A stretch of DNA of 64,000 bases, taken from NCBI GenBank assembly GCA_964106915.2, contig OZ066924.1. One strand, 5' to 3'. A program made the position numbers and the translations under genes. The notes beneath the pieces are model-generated. The model was not told where the DNA came from. It worked only from the letters and a program-made list of their open reading frames with translations, and did not search any database. Numbering within the stretch: position 1 is the stretch's first letter; every line of letters starts with the position of its first letter. Positions 44,220 through 57,700 of this stretch are shown here, piece after piece. The stretch is from Podarcis gaigeae. Taxonomy: Eukaryota.

Positions 44220-47200
44220 NNNNNNNNNNNNNNNNNNNNNNNNNNNNNNNNNNNNNNNNNNNNNNNNNNNNNNNNNNNNNNNNNNNNNNNNNNNNNNNNN
44301 NNNNNNNNNNNNNNNNNNNNNNNNNNNNNNNNNNNNNNNNNNNNNNNNNNNNNNNNNNNNNNNNNNNNNNNNNNNNNNNNNNNNNNNNNNNNNNNNNNNN
44401 NNNNNNNNNNNNNNNNNNNNNNNNNNNNNNNNNNNNNNNNNNNNNNNNNNNNNNNNNNNNNNNNNNNNNNNNNNNNNNNNNNNNNNNNNNNNNNNNNNNN
44501 NNNNNNNNNNNNNNNNNNNNNNNNNNNNNNNNNNNNNNNNNNNNNNNNNNNNNNNNNNNNNNNNNNNNNNNNNNNNNNNNNNNNNNNNNNNNNNNNNTTA
44601 TTGCTTTTATTGCTTTTAATCCCTTGACGCCGGGAGTTGGGATTTCCCGGCACACATTCCATTGCCGGCAATGAGACGCACCGCGACCGCCAGCGCCAAG
44701 GGGTTAACATCCTTGCAAAATCACATATTAAATTGTACCCGTGTCTTTTAACTCTTATTGATATATAAAATTATATGTACAAATGAATCATAAAGCTACA
44801 TAAAAACTTGGCAACAATAAAAAGGATACACACAGTACATTCCAAAGGAAAATTAAACTTTATGCTAGATAAAATCTCTTCTATGTTTTTTATTGTTTTT
44901 GTTAGAACTTTCTACAAAAAGGTGTATAAACGGTTAAGAATTTCTATCTACAAAATGGTTTTTTTTTCCATATTGATTACATTACTCAGTGTACATTTTA
45001 TTATAGACTGACATTTAAAAGCACATAAAATCATTTTACGTAATACGCTGCGAAATACGTTGACTCCTCCTCCGCCTCACCCCTGAAGTGCCTCCTCCTC
45101 TATCCTCCCCATCACTCTCATCATCCTCTGTCTCAGCTGCATTGTTTTTAGGGCTGCCTCCTCCGAGCAGCGAGGTAATAGCTTTGTTGCGAGCATTTGT
45201 GCTAGCTGACACTTCTCCGTCTTCCTCTTCTTCATCAGGATCCAAGTGTTCCATGAGAAGTTTGAACTAAGAAAGGATATTGGAAAGAAGATTAGGCGCC
45301 ACCTTAAAATGAGTTATGAAAACAGAAAAGAAAAAAAGGAAGGAAGCCTTATGGGAGTAACCTTAAGACAATTTGTGGAGTACACTATCAATTTAGTAGC
45401 ATGTGACACATCTTTTCTTGGAGAAAGCAAGGCTTGTTATCTTCCTTAATAGGCCTTAAAGGGGCAAGGTTTTAGATTTCTTACATATTAGAGCCTCAAT
45501 GTTGGCAATCGTGGGGAAATTTTGCTAGCACCACACCAACTCAAACCCAAGAGGGAGTCTTTTGACTCTTTGCCTGCTCTGTGGTCCATTTCTGGGCCAG
45601 GCCCATGCATGAAATTTGCATTAGGTAGAAAAATCCCAGTAGAATGAACAGAGACTCCCCTGCAGCCCATAATGCAGATTGAAGGCATGGGGCACCCTAC
45701 AGCTCATCCAACAGCCTCTAATTTGCCTAATTCTGTGCATTAGATACACATTTATTCAACGAGCAAACTGAAGAGGGCAACTTGCAGTGGAAGAAGTCAG
45801 CATACTCCATTCCTCACCTCTGAAGAAAAAAAACAATTTCAGCCTGCAGCCACTGCTCTTCATATTTCACCTTCTAAATAACAAAAACTTAAAAGTATTT
45901 CAGAACAGAGTTCAAACGTTTTTTAAATGAAGTTGATAGGCAGTAAAATTGTGCAGGCTCTCAATACTTACATCTAAGTACTGTTTGACTATATTCCTCT
46001 TCACTTCATCTGTGAGCTTGGAATGAGCCATATCACTTCGAAGGAAGTCTAGCGTCTGTTTTGGATGGAAATGAATTCCTGCCTTCCTGTTTATTGTTTT
46101 ATCGTATACTTTTGCCGATTCAGAGGGAGAGTATTTCTGAATTTTACTGTTATCAAGAAAACAAAACGAATGCTTGAAGTTAGTAAGATTTCCACACATC
46201 CTTTGAAAGTAGAATCTATAAGCAATTCTCCTTAGTCCCTTAGGTCAAAATTCTTAGTGTTATATAAAACAAACATTATGGCACTAGGTTTTGCTACATG
46301 CATCTGCATTATGCAGAATTCACCCAAGTTTTGAGTTCAATCCGTAACAAAACCTCAATAATGTGATCACAGGGAATGATCAGATAAAACAGATGTAGGA
46401 AACCTCAAGCCCACCAGCAAAATGTGGCCTTCCAGTCCCCAGGCCTCTCCTCAGCCACACTCCTCGCCAGCCTTACTGCATGCCTTCCTTGAGAGCTTTC
46501 GCTTGGCTAAAATGCACCTGAACTGTGATAATAGTTCTTGTTTGCCTGAATAAAGGTTGGAGAGATGGGCTGGGTGTACAAGAGGAAAGATCTGACTTTC
46601 GCATGGCTGGAATGTAGCCTATTGTAAGAGTCACATCTTTTGCTCCAAGTTTTGCTTCCAGCCCCACCCATCACTGCCATGCACACCCTAGAAGTTGCTC
46701 GCAGAAGAATGCAAACTGAAAAGCTTCCCCACTCCTGAGATAAAGTAAGCAAGACTTGAATGCTCCTCACCTGTCAGAAAATCCACAGAGGTTCTTCAAA
46801 TGCTGTTTTAACATCAACAGCAACAATATGCCCTGGGAAACATTTGCAAATTCAATGAGAGGAGCTGAATTGTCTGGCAAACATTTCATGACAGCATTTA
46901 TATCATTCTCTTCATCAGTATCTGAATCAGACTCTGCACGTTTTCGCAACTTTCGGGGTTTGTGAACTTCCTCCTCACTGTCGCTGTCACTTTCACTGTT
47001 ACTTTCACTCTCACTCTCTTCATCAGATGATGGCTTCCTTTCTTTTTTATATTTCACCATAGACTGAAAGAAAATGGCAGGTAGTTTAGAAAAATAGCAA
47101 ACACCATTATCAGTATATTATAAAAAGGGATTTGAAGACCGTTCTAATAATAATAATAATAATTTTTTATTTATACCCCGCCCTCCCCAGCCAAGGCCGG

Positions 47201-50200
47201 GCTCAGAGCGGCTTACAAGCAATAATAAAAACAAGATGAATGATTACAACTTAAAAACAAAAATAAAATACAACATTAAAATAATGGAACATTAAAATAT
47301 TAAAATGTAGCCTCATCGCAGGAGAAGGAAAAGACATGTAGTCATTCACCAGTATGAACTATCAATCAAGGGAAATTAAGTGGCGAGATTTTGGGAAAGC
47401 AGACTCAAAGGATGAACTACACGCACATCTAAGCTATTAAATATTCAACTCAGAATACAGTCAATGCATCCTACAAGACAAAGGACCGCTTAACTTGATT
47501 ATCAGCAGCCCCTTACATGATTGCAGCATTTCTTTTTTAATGTATGGGTGGTAAATGTGCAGTGGGGGTGCAGGGCCCCAGCTGGTAGGCACAAGATTCG
47601 TGGCACATTCAGAAAACAGCAATAGGGTTCATTGTCACTCTCCCCCCCATTGATTTTTTTTCTTTTCTCCCCCCCCTCCCTGCAAAAACAGTTTCCCGTT
47701 ATTTCATATTTTCTTACAAAGGAATGTGGATTCTGGGCCTCTGACAAGAAGTAGTCAACTATGGACAGATACTTAAATCTACAAGATGGGTTGTGTTTTG
47801 GCTTATATTTATTTATTGTTTATTTATTTAATAAAATTTATTTAAAAAAACCTGCAAAGTGGTTTACCAAGACAAAACAAAGAAAACACCCACAGCGATA
47901 AAATGAAGAAAAATCGGCTGCACGCAGGGGATGGGGTGAAGGCAAGGCAAGGCCTAATCTACTCAGCCTAGTCTCATTTTCTTCACATAGACAGACTTTC
48001 CAGGACCCAGGAAGCCCAGTGGAGTATAGGGCAGTAGGGTGGTTCATAAACTATTTTTTTAAAAAGTGCCTGCTCCCAAGGTCTTATCTTACTAAACTAG
48101 GGATTATATAGCTATATCTGAAATTTCATGCATATTAGTTAATATCTTGACCCAGCTCCACTGAATTGAAATTTCAGCCCTCAGGACATAGGAAAACGGC
48201 CAAGTAAACAGCTATTTTTGTGGAAGAGGGAGGTAATGTTGTATAATATAATTCCACTTACCTCCTTAAATGACTGGAGGAGGTTACTACCAGAAACTGA
48301 TAATGTGATGTCTATATGGTGCATTATAAAAAGTGGCTCTTCCTGGGTTTGGTAAGGAAAACAGGCTAGATTGTCTGCTATGTACAAAAGCTGATTCACC
48401 TCCGTTTTCTGTGGAAGTAGAAGAAAATAATAATAGACAGATACACATATGCAATCATTTCTGTGCTCAATGAGCTCCATGCCACATTCTTGCTCCTTGA
48501 ATACAGTATCCAGTGAGTTCCACCCAACATTTTTTGGGGGAGGGGGGATTTCCACGTGTTTCATCGTGTGTGCCGCAAGGCCCACCACCATTGCAAGACC
48601 TGGCCCCTCAAGATTGGTAGGCTCAGCCTTGTCCCAATAGATTCTTTTTTGGGGGGTGGCTGAAGACATCTCAGCCCTACAGAGTTGGCACATTTAGACG
48701 GCATGGAGGAGATTCCGTTGTGCAAAGGCAAAGTAGTGGATTCCCACTACTTTGAATACAAACCATTATGCCTATTCCAAGTTATGAGCATGAAAAGCTC
48801 TTGCAATTGTAGTCACTGAAACATCACAGAAGGAATGGATTCTGTCTCCTGGTGCCTCTACCCACTCCATCTATAAATACAGGGGCTGTGCCAAAAAAAA
48901 AAACCAGAGAGCTCTTTTGGCATTGGAAGGAAGCTAAGATGAACCAGGAAAGCCACAAGCATTCTGGGAAGAGAGAGGGATGGGTTTCACTCCTGTCAAG
49001 GAGAAGAAGTGAAAACTCAAATCTGACCAAGCAACTGCCTTGTTAACCCTATGGATGGAATCCCGCATTTAGGAAAACCTATAAATATTATTGAATCAAG
49101 TTTAGCACTGTGTAGGGGGAATGCATCTTCATTTTTGTTAGCAATTCTCCAGGCCAGCCTCCCCCAACCTGGTGCCCTCCAGATGATTTGGATTCCCATC
49201 AACCCCAGCTAGCATAACCAAAGGTTAAGAATGATGGGAATTGTAGTCTAAAACATCTGGAGGACACATGATTGGGGACGGCTGCTCAAGACAATGAAAG
49301 AAATAAAAAAAATGCCAAAATTCAACATGTCACTACTTAATTTCTATGTAGCTATTATACTGCAACTTTTATACTATTTTCAAAACCAAATATCCTCTCC
49401 AAAGTAGATCATACTTCATCAAAAGCACTTTTTAAAAAGAGTATAGAAAAGGTCTGCATTAGACTCACAGCTGTGTCATCAAAGAGGTTGAGTAAGGAAA
49501 TGAGAAAGGCTCGTCGGTGTTGTCGGTTTCCTCGGATCATGGAGTAAAGGTGTGAGCACAAAGCACTGCTGGATTCATCATGCCTAAAGCCCCTCACAGG
49601 ATCTTTACGGCAAGTGTTGATTGCTTGCTGCACCTGGTATGACATCTTCATACCAGCCACTGCTTTCATCTGAAGTTAAAAACATTTATAAGTCTTCATT
49701 TTGCTTAGGACAAACAGAAAGAGGTTGCCACAAAGATTTGAGCTCAAAGTTACCTGTTTCAGTTTCCCCAATAGCTTTCTACTGAACAATTTACAAATCA
49801 TTTGCTTTTTTATAGCAAACATGCACAATTTTGACACATTGGTATACATGTTGCAGTTAGGGGGATTATTTTGTTTTTAATATTTGTAGACTTTCTAGGC
49901 CAAGGAAGAGAAAATATATGTGTGTTTTCCAAAGCTATTCTAGTTGCAATGCAAGCATTTTTGTTATACTGTGAATTGAGGCAGAGTTCATATCTACATT
50001 CCCAGTTTGTTAACCACAATTTAGCAAGCCAGGATTGCGCATCAGGCATCATCTCTTCCCTGTGCACAGATCTTGATAAATGTAAACTACAGTTGGTCAT
50101 TACTTCCAAAACAGGATTTAACGCCAGATCAAATTGTACTTGAAGATCCTAGTCAGTAAATACATTCAACCACCGTTCCCCATTTTACTAGCAGGTCTGT

Positions 50201-53200
50201 GACCATATAATAAATGACTGGTTTGTTGGTTGGTTCCCCATTTTGGAAGTAATTACTGAATGGCTTCACTGGAAAGGAACAAAAATAAGCACAACAAACA
50301 GAAGCATACATACATGAATAAATCCAGCATATTTTTTGTCAATCTCCACCAGCTGCTGGTCTGCTTTGTTCCTCATAGAAGGCTCTGGATCTGTGCCCAT
50401 AGCTATTAAGTATGGCACACACTGAAAGAGAGATAGAAACATTGTAAAATCTTCACATATGCCTGCAGATGTCTATATTTTCCTCCTTTTATATTGTACA
50501 TGTTTGACATGCTACAAATATCCATAGCCTGCAGAGCACCATAAAAAGAGGTCTGGAAAGGCTATGTGAACACCACAGAGCTACACTGTGAAAACTGTGT
50601 AATTTACTTCTTGATTTCAGTTAAGAACCGCAAAGTAGAAACAAAAATATCTGACGAAGTCACTCAAATAATAGCACAACCAGGTGGTAGTTTTTGAAAC
50701 CAGGTGGTTAGTTTTTGAAACTTTGAACCTTTTCTGGAGCACCTCTTAAGAGATTACAGATTCTATGAAAGAAAACCACCAGCTCCTGTGTCATTGTCTA
50801 TAAGTCTGCAAATAAACAGCTCATTGATGTATTACTGAAAACGTAAATCAATTTGAAGATTAAGAAGTGCAAAAGGTTTTTGTGAATACGTTTTTTTATT
50901 TTACTCCAAAGCAGGTGTATATAGGATAGCAGCCCAAATTATGCAATTGCATACCTGAACTGGATGGATAAGACCCTGGTTTAATGTCAGTGCAATAACA
51001 TTGAGTGCGAAATGACGAACGCTGGACTGCGTGTGAAAGAATGCCTCAAGGACCTGTTTGAGATAGAGCTGCATGATAGAGCTGCTCATCCCTGAGGAAA
51101 TATCACCCATTTCTTTCAGATCTTCCTGCTTTGCTACCTTTTTCCCTATGAAAAAAACAGAAACCAAAGGAGATGTTTTATCAACACTTTTTATCACATT
51201 ATATACATACAAGTATATGGTTTATCCTACTATATGGAACACTGGTTGGAAACAGCCTTCCTAAGGTATGGGCAGCAATTTTTTAGTGGTACTGCTTAAC
51301 TCCTTCCTAACCAAATCCCTGGTCCAATATTTGTATGCTTTGCTGGAAACACAGAAACAGCATCTCCTTCTTCCCTACTAACTCATTTCATCAGCATAAC
51401 GTGACAACATTTCAGCATGTGCCTCCTCACTAATTGGGATGACTGAAAGGCCTCTTGAGAAACACCATCACCGCTGAAGATCAAAAGATACAGTTTAAGC
51501 CCAAGCTTGATACCTGTGTCAAAAACATGGAGGCGCATAAACTTCTTGGTTGTTTTCAGCTGCAAATGCTTAAAGTTTCATTACCGCTACAGGAGAAAAG
51601 CATTGCTTATTTCAGGATATGAAACCACACAATATCATTTCTGTTGTGGTTTACTACAGAGGTAGCAGAAAGACTGGAAGGGGAAGTGCCTTCTAGTTTA
51701 ACTATCCAGACAAGTCTTTCTTCTAAAAGAAACTGCCACCAATTCCAAGTTTAGGAGGGAAGGAAAAGTTTGAAGCAATTGCTCGAAAAAAATCTAAGTA
51801 TCGTTGAAAACTGAGCCAGAGCTCCTCAGAAGCCCCATCACTCTAGAGCAAGTAGGTGAGAAACTGGAAAACAGCAGTTACTTTTGCAACTGCCATTGAC
51901 AAAGGTTCTTTGAATAATTTGCATAAGCCCCGCCTGCTGAAGCAAGTGGGAGTAGTAATCCACTCCAGGGTAGCTGCCTCCAATGATGGAGAAACTACTT
52001 TTAACAGCCATTGTTTAAGTCCTTTTCTACATATGAAAAAGGCTAAAGTGGAAGAGCAGACTGTACCACTTCATACTCCAGGTGGTAGTTGCTATGCTTT
52101 TAATGCTCCCTCTCAAGAAACCTTCTCTGAAAAGCAACACACATACGGTTCTGGCACAGCCCTTTCACTGCTATGCCACTTTTCTTCTTGCAAATATGTT
52201 TTTACTTTGGGGGTGCATTCAAAATGTGATTATACACCTGAGGTTTACTGCTTAAACTGCATTCAACCATTTCATTCTGCTGCACGTATAGATCTTTCCT
52301 AATTTGTTATCCCATTATCTGTAAATTTTCAATGCACAGAAAGCTCTTTGTGAAAACAACATCAGAGATGGAACTGAAAACTAAGTTGCAGTTACTTGAT
52401 ATTAATTACTTCTTTAAAATGTTTACTTAAAGTGCAACAATGCTCATCACTCACATTCTCTATCTGCCTGCTGCATCCGTGTATCTTCCTCTTGGAGGTA
52501 TGTTTGGAGATTTTTTAACACCTGGATTTTTAAGTTTACTGAGCTGTTCTTATCAGAGAGTATGCTGTTGTATAATGTTTTCACTTCTTGTTCAAACATT
52601 AGACCTGGGTGTTGTATGAATGCAAACCCTGAAAGAAAATAAGATGATACAATTTGGTATATCCTTTTACTGAAGCAGATTTTAAAAGAAAGTCCTGAGT
52701 GTTTATAATGGGGCCACATTCATATTTGCAGGCAACTTTATTTCAAATTCCTTTTGAAAAGATACTGTGCCAAATTGTGGAATAGTATCAGCTGCCTTAC
52801 GACAGGACACAAAAAGTATATAGATACATAAAGTGGGTACTAACCCATTTTAGAAGCATTAGAATTTATCTGAAGTGTAAAACTTGCTTGCATAGAATCA
52901 AACTCTTACAATAATCTATCTCAACACAGAAGCAAATTCTCATGGAATACTGTACAGGTGGCGACCATTCTGCATAGGGGTTCCATTCCTGGCCCCTGTG
53001 TGTGTCAGCAGAGTGCATATTATCCTGTCCTGCCCCAGTTCCGCCCCCTTCTGGATCCAAAAGGACCTCATGTCAGCACAAAATGGTCAATGCCTATATT
53101 TAAATAGCAATTGCTCTGAATCATCATAACCAAGAACTCATAAGTAATCCTGAGTGTCTGTTCAACAAATGCAAAGGTAACTGCTATTCATCAAAGCAAC

Positions 53201-54717
53201 TTCAATCCAGTGCAAGTTACTTCTGGAGGAGGGGACAGGAGGCATTTTCCCACCAATTTCCCCTTTCCCTTGCAAATTTCCAATTCCACCTGCCATCCAC
53301 CAACTCTCTGGAGCGGATGGAGAGGCGTGTAGGAGGCTGCAGGGGAAAGCAGAAATCAGCAGAAGCTCTCTTTCCTACTTCCACCCGAACTTTGCCACTA
53401 TAGGCAAATCTGTGTGCATCTAATACCACAGTATTTTGATGTTCTTACCTAGACCAATAATGGCTTTTGTTTGTACCTCTTCATCTGAATGTTTGGTAAA
53501 ATACATCAGCAGCTCAAGTACTTTATCCTTAATGTTAACCTATTTAAAGGGGAAACAATGTGGATAATTCAGGGGAAAAACCTTGAGAAAATTTTCATTC
53601 ATTTAAAAAGTAATCACATAGGAAAATCTGCTCATCTAGGTTTATTTTTCCCCAAAATGTCAGTCTATCCAATTGTAGTAGTAAGCAAATAAATACTGAA
53701 TGTTTACCTTGCTGTTGCCTTTAAAATCTTCTTGATCAAAATCAAAATGCCGACACAGTGCACCAACAGTGAAAAGGGATCTAAGGAGTGCTGGTTTATT
53801 TGCTGTAAGTATAGTGCTGTTTGGGTCTTCTTGATGTTGACTTTTTAATTTTGAAAGTGCACCTGCAAAAAATGAAGAATACTTGTCTTCATAGTTTCTT
53901 TTCCTATTAGATGTTTAACTAACTTTCAAATAATGAAAATTCTGCATAAAAATTTACTTACCATAGTATCTATTAAAGCAGGCCCATACAAATTTGTAAT
54001 TCTGAGTGACCTTGTTTACAACAGCCCCAAGACAGCTGACACAGTGTTGCACTACCTAGAAACAAAGCAGAACACATTAGATTTTGTTAGAAGTAATCTC
54101 TAAGACAATACAAAGCAGTCAGTGGAGAAATCAACATCTTGCTCTTATTTTAGCAAATGTCAAAAGCTGAAAGCTCTGCAGCTATTATGAGAATACAATT
54201 TTATTCTACTATATTTCTAGCTTTCTTTTCTATACGAAAACTAACATCTCTATAAGAAGACTAATGCTAATAAAGTGCAGTAAAAACCATTACAAAAATA
54301 TGAAGTCAAGTCATATTTAACATGAGTACCATGCTAATGCAAAATGAGTTTGAGGTAGAAATTAAACCTTACTGTCATGCCATATTTGATTATAAGCTTC
54401 ATGAGATCTTCTTCAATAGTAGCAAGGAAAGTCTCACTCGGATGTTCCATCAGTGGCACTACTAATTCTAAAATTTTTGCAACGTTGCAGATCACCATGA
54501 AATCATTTTGACTCTACAGAAAAACATTGCATATGGTTAAGCTTCTACACTCTTCATGTTCTGTTATACTACTACGTTATCTGAATAAAGTGAGTAACAA
54601 TCACTCCTAGTGATCAATTCCATCTGTTTACAAATACACCTTGAATGGAATATTAAAAATTATATTGCAGATAGAAAAAACAGTTGCCAGTATGTGAGTT
54701 TAAACAGTTAGCAACTT

Positions 54718-54753
<36 letters not shown>

Positions 54754-57700
54754 ATGTTAAACTAGCATCAGCAAATGGGCATATGACAAGGGCCAACACC
54801 TCAACAGAGCTCACTGTAAAGGGCCCCCTAGACCTGCTGCAGTGAGGAGGTAGGCTTACTGGGGGTGGGGCATGGAAACCATCTCCATAACTGGAGCTGA
54901 AACTGCCCTGCAGCAAACATAAAAAGCATATATGACTAACATGTAGATATTTGTCTAATAAGGTCCCTTCTGATGTGTACACACACACACTGCATGTTAT
55001 CACACTTTCCCCATTTGCCAAGGGAAGTATTGGAGACCATGCAAACTTATTGGGCACATAAGGTTTGAAACTACCCTGAATTAAAGAAGAGTCATCTGCC
55101 TGAAAAGGAATGCTTTCTGAGGCACAAGAGGACTATCAACCTTTTTCCCAACCCGTGATCTCCAGTTTGCAAATTTAAAAGCAGCAAGATGTTTGCAACT
55201 GTTTCCTATGCAGCTAACCAATATATATAAAAAAGGAGTAAATCAGGGCAACCCCAAATTCCCCTGGAAATAGGTTACCTAGGCCTGGTGCCTAAAAGCC
55301 AATAGGGAAAGCCAATAACTTTGTTGCTTCCAATTTTCACTTCAAATCATGAGTTTCATATAACATAAGCAGAGGCAATGTGGGGAAACAGTAGGGAGTA
55401 CTTACACTGCATTTAGTGGTAAGATATGGCTGCATGGTCATGGCATGTTTGACCATTAACTGGGGCCTGATTTTGCTGAATAAGAACAAAGTGGTTATGC
55501 AAGCTACCAAGCAACTTGAATTCACACCCTTATTGTCGGAATCTGAAAAATAAAGAAAAAAATGTAAGCATACATGTATATACATATGCACACACAAACA
55601 CACTTAACTAATATTCCATTAAGATGTTCAAATATACAAAAACTGTTGTTAGTATTATTTAGTATCATGTGCGTCCTGGATATATTATGGACAATTAAAT
55701 CAACAAGCAGAATTAGAACCGAAGCTGCTTGCAATGGCCAGGTCCATGTGCTGCTTCCTGGGGAGGGGAGAACTGTGAATATCTCATTTGCCCCCCTTCA
55801 CCCATCAGAGGGCACAGTGCAACCATCCTCCTCTGACTCGAGGATGAGTGCCCTACTGTACTTCCGCCTTGCAGAAGTCAAAGGCTACAAAATAAGGGAA
55901 GGGCCCTTTAACAAACCAGCCAGCTTCACCAGCAAGGTGTAGATGCCTTAGGAGGAGAATGTTTCATCCAACAGTGCCCCCTTGGAGCTGTCTATTATCC
56001 TGTTCCTGTCTACTTTCTGGTTTGACATGACAACATCTGCTTCCTCTGCAACACTCAAAGCTTCCATGGGAACATTATTTAGATGGGTTTTTATTTCACA
56101 AGTGCAGAACTATTGCAATTCAGTTTAAGACCATAAAATGTGCACAAGAAAACTGCACTGTGTGCTTCATTTTGTAATGGATTTGGTTCTGAAGGCTGGG
56201 TCATAAGATGTTTCTCTCAGTGTGAACAGGTCCTCCTGTACCTGCTTTCTAGCTACACAATCACATGGTCAAGTGTATTTCATTTACTAAATTTATATCC
56301 CACTCTTCCCCTCTAAGGGAACCAAGACAGCAAACACATCCACAATAAATTTTAAAAAGCATTCTAAAACAGTTACAGTTAAAAATATCTAAAAAGTTAC
56401 AGGTAAAAACATTTCATCCAGTGATCTCAGGATGGCCCTTACAGTATTCTTTAGCCACCAAATGCCTGGGTAGAGAAGAATGTTCTCCAATTCCTCCTGA
56501 AAGCCAACAGTGTTGGAGGCACACACACCTCACTACATGAGGTTTATATATGAACACACTTCTGCAATAATTCGTACAGTCATGTGGAAGAGTAACTTGA
56601 ATTCCACCTGGAGCTCTGGTACCCACAAAAAATTCTACAAAGCTTATGAATGGAATGCAAATAACTGTTTTACCTGCCAGAGATTCTTCATACTTCAGAA
56701 TGTGTTCAACCAAATTATCCACAAGCTGAGTACAGGCTTTCTTTACAGGCTTATATGAAGCATCTTCTTCAGATTTTAGCAACTACAAAGATACACAATA
56801 TAGACAATGTTGATACTCATGGATCGATTCTGAGAATATACAAGCCATCTTCATAAGAAAGCAAAGAACTATATTTCTGCCACACATGGGAAGCAACTGT
56901 CAATAGGCCAATAATTTGAAAGCAGTGTACTGGAACAAAAGAAAAGTGTGTGTAATGGGGTTGGAGGAGGGTGACTTTCCTCACACCCTCCTGGCAACCC
57001 CCTCTCCGAAATGGCTTCCCAAAAAGGTCTTGCTCCTATTTCTGGAAACAACCTCAAGAATCCACCTTCACCTTCAAATTCCCATTCCACAGCCAACCCG
57101 ATTCAGTATAAACCTCAAACTGAGGGGGTTCCATTTTTGAAAAAAATAAGTTATCTGAACAGTTACTTACATTTTGAAGAAGCTGTTCAAACCAATCATA
57201 CCCTGTATCTCTACAAGCTGCGACCTAAGAGAAAATGAAAATACATTTTCAGATTCAAGCTGCCAACCTTCTATTGGCAAGCCCAAGAGGCTCAGTGGTT
57301 TAGACTACAGCACCACCCACAATAGTAATATACCAAATGTAAGTTTTTTCTAACCTTATGACTATTGCTTTATGTTACTGTCCCTTCACTCTGTCTAACC
57401 TACAATATTTTTGAAGCAGGGACCTCTTTCCTGTTAGGCTCTGTAAAGTGACATGCTCATTCATAGTACTAATAGGTTTCTGAATAGCATCTCAAATATT
57501 TGAAACACCATCTAAGTTCATTAATCATCAATGTAAGTCCAATGCAGACCAAATATGTTTTTGGAAACAATTTCAAATAAACATGAAATCTGCTTTATAT
57601 AAATGAAAACTATAAAAATATTGTAAGTACAGTGGTACCTCTAGTTACGAACTTAATTCATTCCGGAGGTCCATTCTTAACCTGAAACTGTTCTTAACTA

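Larger units (their letters stand above)
43241..44597. other. Three N gaps (43241-43380, 43632-43912, 44220-44597)
   Basis: Runs of n. Confidence 0.99.

Noticed and set aside
43236-44710. Long X-containing ORFs (e.g. 43591..44655)
   Set aside because: Artefacts of N runs that lack stop codons.
12950-50722. Scattered short tandem duplications (about 12950, 15360, 23810, 27941, 50678) as a repeat array
   Set aside because: Unrelated two-copy slippage events; no shared repeat or spacer structure, so no CRISPR-like array.
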